In this document: positions 19,340 to 28,612 of the stretch, one piece after another
Layout: each line of letters begins with the position of its first letter
How positions within the stretch are numbered: the first letter of the stretch is position 1
IMG/VR virus record: IMGVR_UViG_3300045988_151684
Location: 32,001-96,000 of that record
Direction: 5' to 3' (one strand)
Source of the DNA: a virus
DNA: 64,000 nt
The notes under the pieces: generated by a model
Database searches by the model: none
Seen by the model: the letters and a program-made list of their open reading frames with translations, nothing else
Told to the model about the DNA's origin: nothing
Position numbers and translations under genes: made by a program

Positions 19340-21062
19340 CTTCTTTCTCAGTGATTTCCAGCCACTCAGCTAAAGCAGCATGACCATCAACTGTATCACT
19401 TTTTTGTGAAAACCATACTTTCCAAGCATCTATAATGGCATCTACACAATCAATACGATTTGTTTGTGTCATCTTATCAATTTTTATCTCACCAAATGAA
19501 TTAGGTGCTGAAATAATTGCATTTACAGCGCTCCATGTCATTAATGCATTTTGTTTATCATACATTACTTGCCCAGATTTAACAGATAACTGAAAATCTT
19601 TTGTAACATCATTTAATGACCGTGCTGACTGCTTAATCTCAGTTAAATCACAATCCAAAATTTGTTCCAAATCTTCTAAAAAGGCACTGGCATTATGCGC
19701 ATCATAACCACATCCTATTATTTTTAAATGATATTTGTTTATCATATTATTTAATTCTGAAATGATATGCTTATAATCTGTTTTTATGCCATACATGCCA
19801 GATGTAAGCGTCAATAAACCTGCATTTTTCCACATTCCATACGGTGCATCATCTGACTGTATATGTTCAGCCAAACGTAACTCTGGCATATAACTATGTG
19901 AGTATAAATATATCCTTGACTGCTCCAGTGGGAAAAGCAACGCTATACTTGTTAAATCACCGCCACTAGATAAATCTATACCTAAAAAACATTCCTTGCC
20001 TTCCATGTCAGAAATTTTTTTATTAGCGCCGCATCGCTTCCAGCACTCTAAATCCAGTAACGCACCGCCTGTATATGTTACCCAGCGGTTTAACGATTTG
20101 GTTTGAAAATTAACTAATTCATTTCCTTGTTTTTCCTTTGCATCTATTGCCTTTTCAGCCATTCGTGCAACCATTTGCTTATTGATAGTATCATCATCAT
20201 TCCATAGATACAGCGGATTTGCTTTAGCCCAATTTTCTGGCAGCCAAATATCATCATCTTGATCCATTTCAGCAATATATATAAATAGCGATTCTTTTTT
20301 TACATTTCCTGTCAACACTTTTTTGCAATATTGATATTGCTCATAGCATGGACCATTAAGATTAAATCCAGCCGTTGTAATCGCTAGCGTCAAAGCATTA
20401 TCAACCAAAATTTGACCATCATTTACTAACTTGTACATCTGATTGGTTGGATGCGCATGATATTCATCAACAATTGCTAGTATTGTTCTAAAACCATCTG
20501 CGCTTTTAGTGTCTCTGCCAATAGCTTTTATAACTGTTCCAGTTATACGTGATGTAATAACATGATCGTATTTACGGATTGTATATAATTCAGCTAGGTC
20601 TGAATCTGATTCAATAAATTTTTGCACATCTTCCCAAACAATATTAGCCTGGTCCTGTTTAGTAGCTGTACAAAATATCCGCCCATAATTATATCCTCCA
20701 AATGTAGCAAAATCATTGCATAATTCACCAGCTATAAATGATTTACCATTTTGTCGTCCCATTTGGATATAACCCTCACGAAAGCGACGCAATTTACTAC
20801 GTTTTTTTCGCCAGCCAAATAAGCTTCCAATTATAAAATTTTGAAAACCTCTTGTTTTTAACGGTTTCGGACTGCCTTCACCTATTGTCAATGTATTTGC
20901 TATAGCTATATGACGCTCTGCTTGTTTAACATCAAAAATATATTCAAAATTTTTATTTTCCATGTCATTAAGATGACGTTTACAAGCTAAATACTCAGCA
21001 CGACCACATATTTTTTTACCACTTATTATTTTTTTTGCGTATTCAGTAGTTAAGTCTTTCAT
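19326..21062 (-). CDS. terL: Terminase large subunit
   Basis: Walker A GRQNGKS, Walker B ILAIVDEYHAH, C-terminal nuclease-like region; start probably ATG (MKDLT...). Confidence 0.9.
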   Translation of the reverse strand: MKDLTTEYAKKIISGKKICGRAEYLACKRHLNDMENKNFEYIFDVKQAERHIAIANTLTIGEGSPKPLKTRGFQNFIIGSLFGWRKKRSKLRRFREGYIQMGRQNGKSFIAGELCNDFATFGGYNYGRIFCTATKQDQANIVWEDVQKFIESDSDLAELYTIRKYDHVITSRITGTVIKAIGRDTKSADGFRTILAIVDEYHAHPTNQMYKLVNDGQILVDNALTLAITTAGFNLNGPCYEQYQYCKKVLTGNVKKESLFIYIAEMDQDDDIWLPENWAKANPLYLWNDDDTINKQMVARMAEKAIDAKEKQGNELVNFQTKSLNRWVTYTGGALLDLECWKRCGANKKISDMEGKECFLGIDLSSGGDLTSIALLFPLEQSRIYLYSHSYMPELRLAEHIQSDDAPYGMWKNAGLLTLTSGMYGIKTDYKHIISELNNMINKYHLKIIGCGYDAHNASAFLEDLEQILDCDLTEIKQSARSLNDVTKDFQLSVKSGQVMYDKQNALMTWSAVNAIISAPNSFGEIKIDKMTQTNRIDCVDAIIDAWKVWFSQKSDTVDGHAALAEWLEITEKEGEED

Positions 21063-21078
21063 CACACATAGCAACTAC

Positions 21079-21552
21079 CTATAGGTATTTCAAATACTTA
21101 TTTACCGTTTTTTCTTCTTTAGTTGGAACAATTAATTTCAATCGATCCGTTGTAGCTAATCCTAGTTTCGTACTGCATTTCATTATTTGAGTCGCTGAAT
21201 CATTAGCAATTCGACAATAAGCCGATGGTATTTCTCCAACTTTGCCTTCTGTAGTCAAACCTTTTTCATTAAGTGATTTACTCGCAACGATATACCTGCT
21301 GTAATTATCTGCATAAATTGCCAATATTGATAAATCCAGGTTATCAAGCAAATTAACTTTAGCTGCTTCACGAACTACTCTATTATATTCATAAGCAGCC
21401 TCATCATTAAGCCACTTGGGAGCGCCTGTTTCTAATTGATCACGTCCGACTTTTAATTTGGATTCTTGCAATTCACGATTCATACGGTCTTTTTTACTTA
21501 TTTTACCGGTTGATATACCAATTACTTTTCTTGGTCTTGCCACATGATTCAC
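21079..21552 (-). CDS. terS: Terminase small subunit
   Basis: 157 aa immediately upstream of terL. Confidence 0.55.
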   Translation of the reverse strand: MNHVARPRKVIGISTGKISKKDRMNRELQESKLKVGRDQLETGAPKWLNDEAAYEYNRVVREAAKVNLLDNLDLSILAIYADNYSRYIVASKSLNEKGLTTEGKVGEIPSAYCRIANDSATQIMKCSTKLGLATTDRLKLIVPTKEEKTVNKYLKYL

Positions 21553-21661
21553 CTCCTACTAATGTATGTTCACTCAATGCGTATTTGCTTGCAGTTATAT
21601 CTATTGGCATTTTTGGCATTTTTCCAAAATAAAAGGGGGAGCGCGCTCCAACTAGTAAATA

Positions 21662-22081
21662 CTAAAACTTTTTTCGCCTTCCCCTGGCAGTAACAATATC
21701 TATAAGCTTAGCTTGCAATAATTTCTTTTCGTTTCCTTCTTTTTTATAAATATCATGGACCTTTTTATGATTCTTGCGTGATAAAAAAATAAGATTATTT
21801 ATATCAAGTGCTTTGTCCGGTTTTTCTTCCAGTGTATATATGTGATGTACTATATTTCCAGCCTGATATTGTTTTGATTCTGCCATAACCAATTCATCAG
21901 CACCGTGTGCTATTATCTTTATTTTTTCAACTATCTTTCGCCATGCTAAACTATGATAAAATTTATTTTTTTTCTGATCACGTTTCTCATTGTTATACTG
22001 ACGTTGCCGTAAGCTAACGCATGGGCAAGTTACACCTTGTGGTAGTTTACGGCCACATGCGCTACATATGGTCATAAGCAC
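21662..22081 (-). CDS. HNH endonuclease (terminase-associated)
   Basis: C..C...HH...N..H pattern; located next to terS. Confidence 0.6.
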   Translation of the reverse strand: MLMTICSACGRKLPQGVTCPCVSLRQRQYNNEKRDQKKNKFYHSLAWRKIVEKIKIIAHGADELVMAESKQYQAGNIVHHIYTLEEKPDKALDINNLIFLSRKNHKKVHDIYKKEGNEKKLLQAKLIDIVTARGRRKKF

Positions 22082-22182
22082 ATTATATTCACCTTCCCTC
22101 TATTCATTTTAGATAATAAGCCTAAATAACTATCTCGGCATTAAATATAGTTATCCTTATTGAAAATAATAGCATTGATTGG

Positions 22183-22593
22183 CTAGTTTAAGGTGCTGCC
22201 TTTTAATCGCAAATGCATTTCAATTATTCGATTTATTATTTGCCGCCACCACTCTTTTAATGTTCTTTCAGCAAATAAACAACGAGCATTAATAAAACGT
22301 TTATTTATTTCCTCTGCATATCGTCTTTGAACATATGCTGTCCAAGCGTGCCGCCCACGGCCATTTGTTTTCTTGCCTTCTGCTTCTTGACGTACCATAA
22401 TAAATATTCTTTTTCGTTCACCGTATGTTCGCAAGGTTAAATCTATAGCCTGCAACCACTCATTATCTTTAATATTTTTATCCACTTGGGTTTGGTAAAT
22501 ATCATAATTTAGAATATACTTAGCTGCCATTTTACGATCTTCCCGCATTTGTTTAACAATTTCTTGCGCATTGTCATACTGATATTTTTTCAT
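22183..22593 (-). CDS. Putative late-gene transcriptional activator (ArpU/RinA-like)
   Basis: ~136 aa basic protein directly upstream of HNH-terS; RBS AAAGGGG before MKKYQYD. Confidence 0.4.
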   Translation of the reverse strand: MKKYQYDNAQEIVKQMREDRKMAAKYILNYDIYQTQVDKNIKDNEWLQAIDLTLRTYGERKRIFIMVRQEAEGKKTNGRGRHAWTAYVQRRYAEEINKRFINARCLFAERTLKEWWRQIINRIIEMHLRLKGSTLN

Positions 22594-22725
22594 AATTTCC
22601 CCTTTTATGTAATACGTGTTTATAAAACTCCTTGGCAATAGTCAGTTTTTGAAATCTCCTTGACAATATAGGATAAAACATATATTATATCTATAGGATA
22701 TATCACATATTATCAAGGAGTAACA

Positions 22726-23082
22726 ATGTCAGATTTTGAAGTCAGTTTCTATACTTGCCACGATGGCGGCAAGCCTGCTAAAGATTTTATCCTTGGTCTG
22801 GATAAGAAGATGCGTACCAAAATGTTACGCACCATCGAAATTCTTGAAGATAAGGGCAATCTGCTCCGTGAGTCATATTCTAAGCATTTAGACGATGGTA
22901 TCTTTGAACTTCGTGCCAAAGTCGGCAGCGATATTTCACGGGTGCTATATTTCTTCGTGGTAAACCACGAAATTATACTCTCCCACGGCTTCATCAAGAA
23001 AACTCAAAAGACACCACCTGCCGAAATCGAACGTGCAAAAAAGAACCGTAAGGACTATTTGGAAAGGATGACTGACAAATGA
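22726..23082 (+). CDS. Gp49-like (HigB/RelE-superfamily) toxin
   Basis: DGIFELR...RVLYFF...ILLHGFIKKTQKTP motif typical of the Phage_gp49_66 family; overlaps the downstream HTH gene. Confidence 0.65.
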   Translation: MSDFEVSFYTCHDGGKPAKDFILGLDKKMRTKMLRTIEILEDKGNLLRESYSKHLDDGIFELRAKVGSDISRVLYFFVVNHEIILSHGFIKKTQKTPPAEIERAKKNRKDYLERMTDK

Positions 23083-23357
23083 GCGAATTTAGGGATTTTC
23101 TCAATAAACAACTGCAAGATCCAGAAATTAAGGCCGAATATGATGCTTTAGAACCGGAATTTGCCATTATTCGCGCCATGATTGATGCACGGGAACGGCA
23201 GGGCATAACTCAAAAGGAATTAGCCGCCCGCACCGGCATTGCGCAGGCCGATATAAGCAAACTGGAAAACGGCAACGCCAATCCATCCATCAAGACTCTT
23301 AAACGCCTGGCATCCGGCCTTGGTTGTCGCCTAAAAATTGAATTTGCAGCCCTATGA
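23079..23357 (+). CDS. HTH XRE-family antitoxin
   Basis: ITQKELAARTGIAQADISKLENG helix-turn-helix; 4-nt overlap with the toxin stop. Confidence 0.65.
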   Translation: MSEFRDFLNKQLQDPEIKAEYDALEPEFAIIRAMIDARERQGITQKELAARTGIAQADISKLENGNANPSIKTLKRLASGLGCRLKIEFAAL

Positions 23358-23387
23358 GGAAAGGCCTTTGCAGAATTTGATATGATA

Positions 23388-23440
23388 CCTCTAAAGTAGA
23401 TAAGGTAAATAACTAAAATCTACTTTGGAGGTATTTTTAT
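23388..23440 (+). terminator. Rho-independent terminator of the toxin-antitoxin operon
   Basis: 13-bp inverted repeat CCTCTAAAGTAGA / TCTACTTTGGAGG followed by TATTTTTAT. Confidence 0.6.
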
Positions 23441-23588
23441 GGGTAGAAAAACCAAATGTACGTTTGAAGAAAAAGTTTCTGCTGATAAAAATTTGCACTA
23501 GAAAAGGCCACCCGCATTTTTGCGAGTGGCCATCAGGTACACTTCTATGCCCTGATAATATCATGTTCGGTATTCGGTTGTCAAATTT

Positions 23589-23786
23589 TTATTTTGTTGT
23601 CATCATACGCTCGGCGCGAGCGCGGTCTTTTTTGACGATTTCAGCGTATTTCTTGATAAGTTCCCATTCGTCATCATGCGCCCGTACCTGCCGTTGTTTG
23701 CGCTGATTGCTTTCGGCCTTGGTTGTTCCCTTTGGCCTGCCAGCCCCGGCGCGTTTGCCGCCCCAACCGTTGTTAGTATCTGCCAT
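23589..23786 (-). CDS. Small basic protein with an AT-hook-like GRPKG motif
   Basis: 65 aa, GKRAGAGRPKG. Confidence 0.35.
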   Translation of the reverse strand: MADTNNGWGGKRAGAGRPKGTTKAESNQRKQRQVRAHDDEWELIKKYAEIVKKDRARAERMMTTK

Positions 23787-23946
23787 GCCCCATCACCTTC
23801 TTCAGAACAAAAAGCGATACCGCCAGAGCTGCTAGTGACACTGCCAAAGTTACACTTGTCAATATTTCCATTTTCGTGATATGAAAACTATGCTATAATT
23901 ATCTTAACCCTCCAATGGAGGGGGAGGCTTTCGCCTCCCATCGCTT

Positions 23947-24057
23947 TTACTTGCGATGTTCTTCTTTATAAGCCTTGTACATCAGTAATGCCGTTACCAG
24001 TTGGATTACTGCTGTTACAAGGCTTATTGTGTTTGCTATAATTTGCATTGTTTCCAT
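23947..24057 (-). CDS. 36-aa hydrophobic peptide (single TM plus a charged tail); type I toxin-like or small membrane protein candidate
   Basis: Perfect RBS GAAAGGAGGTGAGGAT-ATG; METMQIIANTISLVTAVIQLVTALLMYKAYKEEHRK; two GC-rich hairpins immediately downstream (23905..23945). Confidence 0.4.
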   Translation of the reverse strand: METMQIIANTISLVTAVIQLVTALLMYKAYKEEHRK

Positions 24058-24185
24058 ATCCTCACCTCCTTTCTATGATTTTATTATATATCATCTTGAT
24101 TATTTTGTCAATCATAAAATCAAAAAATTTATGGGAACATCATTTTTAGCTCCCGCTAGTACCTATAACCCCCGGGGGCTATATT

Positions 24186-24206
24186 TGTGCCCAAGTTGGG
24201 CACAAT
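24186..24206. promoter_or_regulatory. Palindrome TTGTGCCCAA-G-TTGGGCACAA, candidate parS/centromere-like site (copy 1)
   Basis: 10+1+10 perfect inverted repeat; a near-identical copy lies at 27835..27855 beside parAB. Confidence 0.45.
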
Positions 24207-24209
24207 CTC

Positions 24210-24560
24210 TCAGACATCCCAGCCCATTGCCTTCCTGTTGAGCCTATAGACTTCGTCTGCGCTCATCCCCTCACGCTCTGCAACGATTGCAAGCAATTCA
24301 TCACGTTGAATGTTACCTGAATGAGCACCAATATGGCAGCACGTACACAGCTGAACCAAGTTGTATGATACATCGCCACCGCCGCTGCCAACCGTGAAAA
24401 TGTGATGTGGTTCAATTCCTGCGTAACGCCCGCAACGTTCGCAGAAGTTCTTGCGTGCAGCTTTGATGGCTTTGCGGTCCTTTATTCTCTTGTGTTTACT
24501 GAGTCCCAACAACATATTTCCTCCTTTGCATACAAAAAGACCGTTGGGGTACTCCCGCAA
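24210..24560 (-). CDS. HNH endonuclease
   Basis: CERCG...HHIFTVGSGGGDVSYNLVQLCTCCH. Confidence 0.6.
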   Translation of the reverse strand: MREYPNGLFVCKGGNMLLGLSKHKRIKDRKAIKAARKNFCERCGRYAGIEPHHIFTVGSGGGDVSYNLVQLCTCCHIGAHSGNIQRDELLAIVAEREGMSADEVYRLNRKAMGWDV

Positions 24561-24672
24561 CGGTCTGCTTTCTTTTGGGCACTAAAATAGCCGCCCGTTA
24601 TACGCGGACGGCTTTGCTCTGCAATAGTTAGTGCTTTACACGCTCTATTATACCTTCCTCTCATTCTGACTG

Positions 24673-25149
24673 TCAACCGTCGCACAATCTTCGATAAAGT
24701 TCTTTTGTCGTGGGTTTGGATAAGTCCGTCTTGTGCCGGGGCTTTCCGCTTCTTGAGCCGCCGCCTTTCGTAGGCCGTCCGCCAATTATAGCCGCATATA
24801 TGTCTTGCGAATGATTGAACACCGGGAAATCCTCGGTGGTCTCCATAACTGCGCGGATATCGTTGCGGGTTTCCGCGTGTGTTTTTTTGCCGTACCAGAC
24901 TTCAGTGGCACATTGCGGACATTTGCAATAGGTATCGTCTATTGCTATCATCGGGACACGGCATCGCTGGCAATACCATACACCGTGTTTCTTGATCGCA
25001 AGTTCCGCGCCTTGCTTATTTTGTTTGTAGCTTGCTTCGCCGCTTGGCCATGCTTCGGCTCCGCACTCCGGGCATTTATCAAACATTCCCGCTTGTGGCT
25101 CCATTAGCACCCTGCATTCCTGACAAAACCACGTCTTGTCGTTTTCCAT
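24673..25149 (-). CDS. Tandem zinc-ribbon protein with a basic, disordered C-terminus
   Basis: Two CxxC-x(n)-CxxC units (WFCQECR...CPECG; WYCQRCR...CPQCA). Confidence 0.45.
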   Translation of the reverse strand: MENDKTWFCQECRVLMEPQAGMFDKCPECGAEAWPSGEASYKQNKQGAELAIKKHGVWYCQRCRVPMIAIDDTYCKCPQCATEVWYGKKTHAETRNDIRAVMETTEDFPVFNHSQDIYAAIIGGRPTKGGGSRSGKPRHKTDLSKPTTKELYRRLCDG

Positions 25150-25533
25150 TAGTTCGAGCCTCCTCCGCGGTTCTTCTTTTTCCTCTGCTTGTGTTTCTTT
25201 CGATTCTTTGGCTGCTTATTTATTATAACGGTGTGCTGGCTGGCTATTTTCACCAGCCTTAGATATTCCCTTAGCTTCATGACTTCGTCCCTCCCAGCCA
25301 GGTATTTTATCCGGCTTATCAGATTTTGTTCCGCTCACCCAAATAATGGTCATGATGAAGATAGCCACTGCTAATATATCAAGCATGTTTATCCCTCCGG
25401 TTTGCTTCTTTCTCGTAATACCTGCGAACGCTTCTTTCGTAGTCGCAACGTCCGCCCACGGCAAAAATTACGGTTATCATCATGCCAAAGATGGCACCGA
25501 GCATAAAATCGATTACACACTCCAGCATGTTTT

Positions 25534-25842
25534 TTATTCCTCCCCGTATATGATTCTCTTTCCCTGTTGCAGCGCAAAAGCTGTTTCCGCTCGGCATCCG
25601 TTAGAATCTTCCCAGCCGTTGCAAACCAGCAACGTATCGCAACGTGATAATAGTTCAAGGCACTGGCTCAGTTCCTGACAGTAGTTCACGGTTTTATTAT
25701 CCGCATCGCCGAACAACCCCAGTGGCGTTATAAATACTTTGTCCGGGTATTTCGCCTGTAAACACGCCCTGATAGCTTTCGCCTTTTTTATATTACTTTC
25801 TTCGTCCCCCGTGAACGGGTGGGCAATATATACAAGCTCCAT
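25534..25842 (-). CDS. DUF4406-like protein (nucleoside 2-deoxyribosyltransferase-like fold)
   Basis: MELVYIAHPFTG...start and ~100-aa size resemble the DUF4406 family. Confidence 0.4.
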   Translation of the reverse strand: MELVYIAHPFTGDEESNIKKAKAIRACLQAKYPDKVFITPLGLFGDADNKTVNYCQELSQCLELLSRCDTLLVCNGWEDSNGCRAETAFALQQGKRIIYGEE

Positions 25843-25843
25843 G

Positions 25844-26086
25844 TTATTTTCGTCCTTTCCGTTCTTTTACCTTGCGCTGCTTGATTTGCCCGCACATAAT
25901 GCCAAAATACCGACGCCAATATTTCTCGCTCCGGTTGTCGATAGCCACCTGCAGCTTAATCTTGACACCGAACACTTTTTCAACGCTTGCACTGATATCT
26001 GCAATAATCTTCCTCTTTTCTTTTTCCCATTCCTTGCGAAACTCGGCGAAGTCCGCCGTGGCGTCCTCTGCCCATAGCTTTATCAT
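25844..26086 (-). CDS. Hypothetical small protein (80 aa)
   Basis: ORF only. Confidence 0.3.
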   Translation of the reverse strand: MIKLWAEDATADFAEFRKEWEKEKRKIIADISASVEKVFGVKIKLQVAIDNRSEKYWRRYFGIMCGQIKQRKVKERKGRK

Positions 26087-26277
26087 TTCATCACCTTCTT
26101 TTTTTTCCGTTCCAGTTCTTCTAACATCGTGTCACAGCTTCGGCGGACGGCATTTACAGTATGGCTTTTCATTATTCCAGCCTTAAATGCGTCCAGCGCT
26201 TTTTTTCGTTGTTTTAAAACTTCACTTTCTGCCTGCTTGATTTCATCAAGTGTCATTTTATTTTTTAATACAATCAT
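26083..26277 (-). CDS. Hypothetical small coiled-coil protein (64 aa)
   Basis: ORF only. Confidence 0.3.
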   Translation of the reverse strand: MIVLKNKMTLDEIKQAESEVLKQRKKALDAFKAGIMKSHTVNAVRRSCDTMLEELERKKKKVMK

Positions 26278-26295
26278 GCTCTCCCTCTTTCCAGT

Positions 26296-26562
26296 CTATT
26301 CAGTCCACTTCATAACGCCAGCTTTTACCATCTCATTGGCGTCTTTGAATCCATGACTTTGTGCATGGTCATTGCTGACAAAAGTTGACCATTGCCCGCA
26401 TATTTTACAAATGCCCGCCCGCCAGCGCGTCGGTTTAACCTGCCGTGGTACAACCGCTGGATGCCGATGATTATCTTGCTCAATGATGGCGCATATTGAC
26501 TGACTGATTTCTTTCCGCCCACAGCGTTGCTGCTTTAAATACTCGCTTTGATGTTTTTTCAT
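26296..26562 (-). CDS. Small zinc-ribbon-like protein (88 aa)
   Basis: CKICGQW...H..H pattern. Confidence 0.3.
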   Translation of the reverse strand: MKKHQSEYLKQQRCGRKEISQSICAIIEQDNHRHPAVVPRQVKPTRWRAGICKICGQWSTFVSNDHAQSHGFKDANEMVKAGVMKWTE

Positions 26563-27803
26563 GACGCTGTCTCCCTGATTTTCTGCTCAAGCTGGCGTGT
26601 TTGCATAATTAATGTGTTGATATGGTTAAGGGCAATTTGCAGAGCGTCGATAGTCTCATCGTCCCCGCCGTTTTCCCAAGCGTCCGACTGTTGTTCGTAT
26701 AGTTCCGCCCGCGCTTTTTCCAGCGTATATGCCGCCAGCTCGTAGCCTCTTGCTTCTGCCAGCTTGCTGGTGTCCGGTTCCGTGTCATAATGAATGGTTT
26801 CCTGCGGCTCGTTTTGGTCATCCGAAATGTCCAAGGTGTTTGCTGGTGTCTGCTGTGCTTTCATTTTCAGCAGTTCGTTCCCCAATGCATCCTGCGTAAT
26901 CATTTCCAGCGCACCATCCCATGCTGCTTTATAAGAAACATATTTCTGGTTTTTGTCGACATACTCGAAAGCGTGAATCTGTCCATCTGATTCAGTAGCT
27001 TGTCCGCAATATCCAGCATAATACCGCCCGTCATATTGCCCAATTATTATAAATAATTCTCCAGCGCTTTCAGGAATATCTTGCAGGCGGGTTTTGGTTT
27101 CTTTTGGCAAAGGTTTATCATCTTGCAGGTCTGCCAGCTTGACCTTAGCCCCTTTTGTCGCATGTATAACTTTTTGTTCTTTTTCTGACTTACTGGCCAG
27201 CTTGTCGGCCACTCCCGTGGATATATTGCCGTCTTTGTATTCCTGCTTATATTCATCCGTCAGGCTTTTTTCAATCTTTTCCAAACGACCAACGGCTGAA
27301 AGGCTCATGCCTAACGCCTCCGCGATATGTTCACGACGGCGCCCTTTTATTTTCTCCCCAGCATCTTCCCGACGTTTAAATATCTCGTTCATCCGCTTGA
27401 CGGCCTGCATTTTCTCCCAATCGGAAATAACACGGTTCGGCAGATTTGCTTCTAACAGCATTTGCTCGGCATCCGTTTCGTCAGCATCGATAATTACGCA
27501 ATCGACTTTTCTAAATTCTTCTTTTCCTTCCGCTGCCAGCCGTTCATGCATCAGCTTACGGCGATGTCCCGAAATTAAAGTATACATACCACCGCCCGCC
27601 GGCCGAACGATAAGCGGATCTAAAAGTCCAAACTGCTCGATTGAATCTTTAAGCAGCGCGTTTTTTTTCTCAATCTCTGTACCGCCCGTTACCTCAAAGT
27701 CGTTATTTTCATCGTCTGCGATATTGGCAAGGTCAATTTTTACAATTTCCCTCGTTTTCTCTGCCATGTAGTCGCCCATAGCGCCCATCATGCTAAAAGC
27801 CAT
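26559..27803 (-). CDS. parB: ParB-like partition/nuclease-domain protein
   Basis: ParB/Srx box LISGHRR; start probably ATG at 27803 after RBS AAGGGAGG (MAFSMMGAM...). Confidence 0.7.
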   Translation of the reverse strand: MAFSMMGAMGDYMAEKTREIVKIDLANIADDENNDFEVTGGTEIEKKNALLKDSIEQFGLLDPLIVRPAGGGMYTLISGHRRKLMHERLAAEGKEEFRKVDCVIIDADETDAEQMLLEANLPNRVISDWEKMQAVKRMNEIFKRREDAGEKIKGRRREHIAEALGMSLSAVGRLEKIEKSLTDEYKQEYKDGNISTGVADKLASKSEKEQKVIHATKGAKVKLADLQDDKPLPKETKTRLQDIPESAGELFIIIGQYDGRYYAGYCGQATESDGQIHAFEYVDKNQKYVSYKAAWDGALEMITQDALGNELLKMKAQQTPANTLDISDDQNEPQETIHYDTEPDTSKLAEARGYELAAYTLEKARAELYEQQSDAWENGGDDETIDALQIALNHINTLIMQTRQLEQKIRETAS

Positions 27804-27829
27804 TATAAAACCTCCCTTATGCCTTATGT

Positions 27830-28612
27830 TCAAATTGTACCCAAGTTGGGTACAACCTCAGCTATAAAAGTACGATAATCTACTGCCGATCGGCATTTTT
27901 TTGCGTACTCAACGACTGGAATATGCGCAAACACTGATTCTTTAACTTTTACACTCATGTGGATTACTGACTTAAATACCGGGAATTTTGTTTTTTCGCG
28001 CAGAAAAGTCAGTCCATCCCGATCCATTTTGGTGCGGGCGCTGAATTTCGTAATCAGTACCCCTGCCAGTTTGCAGTCCGGGTTATAACTCTGCCTTGCT
28101 TCCAGTATACGGTTTTCTACTTCCCGCAAGCCATCAATACTGAAGCCGTCTATCTCCATCGGCACAATAACATCCGTGGCGGCTAAAAATGCATTGATTA
28201 CGTTCGGTGTCATATTCGGGGCGCAATCGATAATGACAAAATCAAAGCTATCGGCAACGCTTCCCAACGCCTCTTTTAAAATCAGTGCTGCGCTAACCCC
28301 CTGATCATTGCGCTGTCTAGCCATAAGTTCCATGTTCACGCTTGCCAAATCCATATCGCCCATGATTACAAAAAGATTTTCGTATTTCGTCGGGCGGATA
28401 GCCTTCCGCAGGTCAGCCCCACGGAACACATCAGCAATAGTCGGGACGCCTGCCGTTTTGCGCTGTTCGTAAAATGCGGATGCGTTGCCCTGTATGTCAT
28501 TGTCTACCAGCAAGACACGCTTACCTTCCTCAGCCAATAAATAAGCCATATTGCAGGCGGTGGTAGTCTTTGCGACGCCACCTTTCATGTTGACAATAGC
28601 AAATATTCTCAT
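27830..28612 (-). CDS. parA: ParA/Soj-family partition ATPase
   Basis: Deviant Walker A NMKGGVAKTT; start MRIFAIVN after RBS AAGGAGGG; stop overlaps the parB region. Confidence 0.8.
   Translation of the reverse strand: MRIFAIVNMKGGVAKTTTACNMAYLLAEEGKRVLLVDNDIQGNASAFYEQRKTAGVPTIADVFRGADLRKAIRPTKYENLFVIMGDMDLASVNMELMARQRNDQGVSAALILKEALGSVADSFDFVIIDCAPNMTPNVINAFLAATDVIVPMEIDGFSIDGLREVENRILEARQSYNPDCKLAGVLITKFSARTKMDRDGLTFLREKTKFPVFKSVIHMSVKVKESVFAHIPVVEYAKKCRSAVDYRTFIAEVVPNLGTI
27835..27855. promoter_or_regulatory. Palindrome TTGTACCCAA-G-TTGGGTACAA, candidate parS/centromere-like site (copy 2)
   Basis: 10+1+10 perfect inverted repeat at the parA/parB junction. Confidence 0.5.

Noticed and set aside
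23439-23501. 20-aa ORF MGRKTKCTFEEKVSADKNLH downstream of the terminator
   Set aside because: Too short, no convincing RBS, and it overlaps the terminator tail; probably non-coding.
23610-23630. GC-rich hairpin CGCTCGGCGCGAGCG plus T-run, resembling a terminator
   Set aside because: It lies inside the coding sequence of the minus-strand ORF 23589..23786 (it encodes ...RARAER...), so it is not a standalone terminator.
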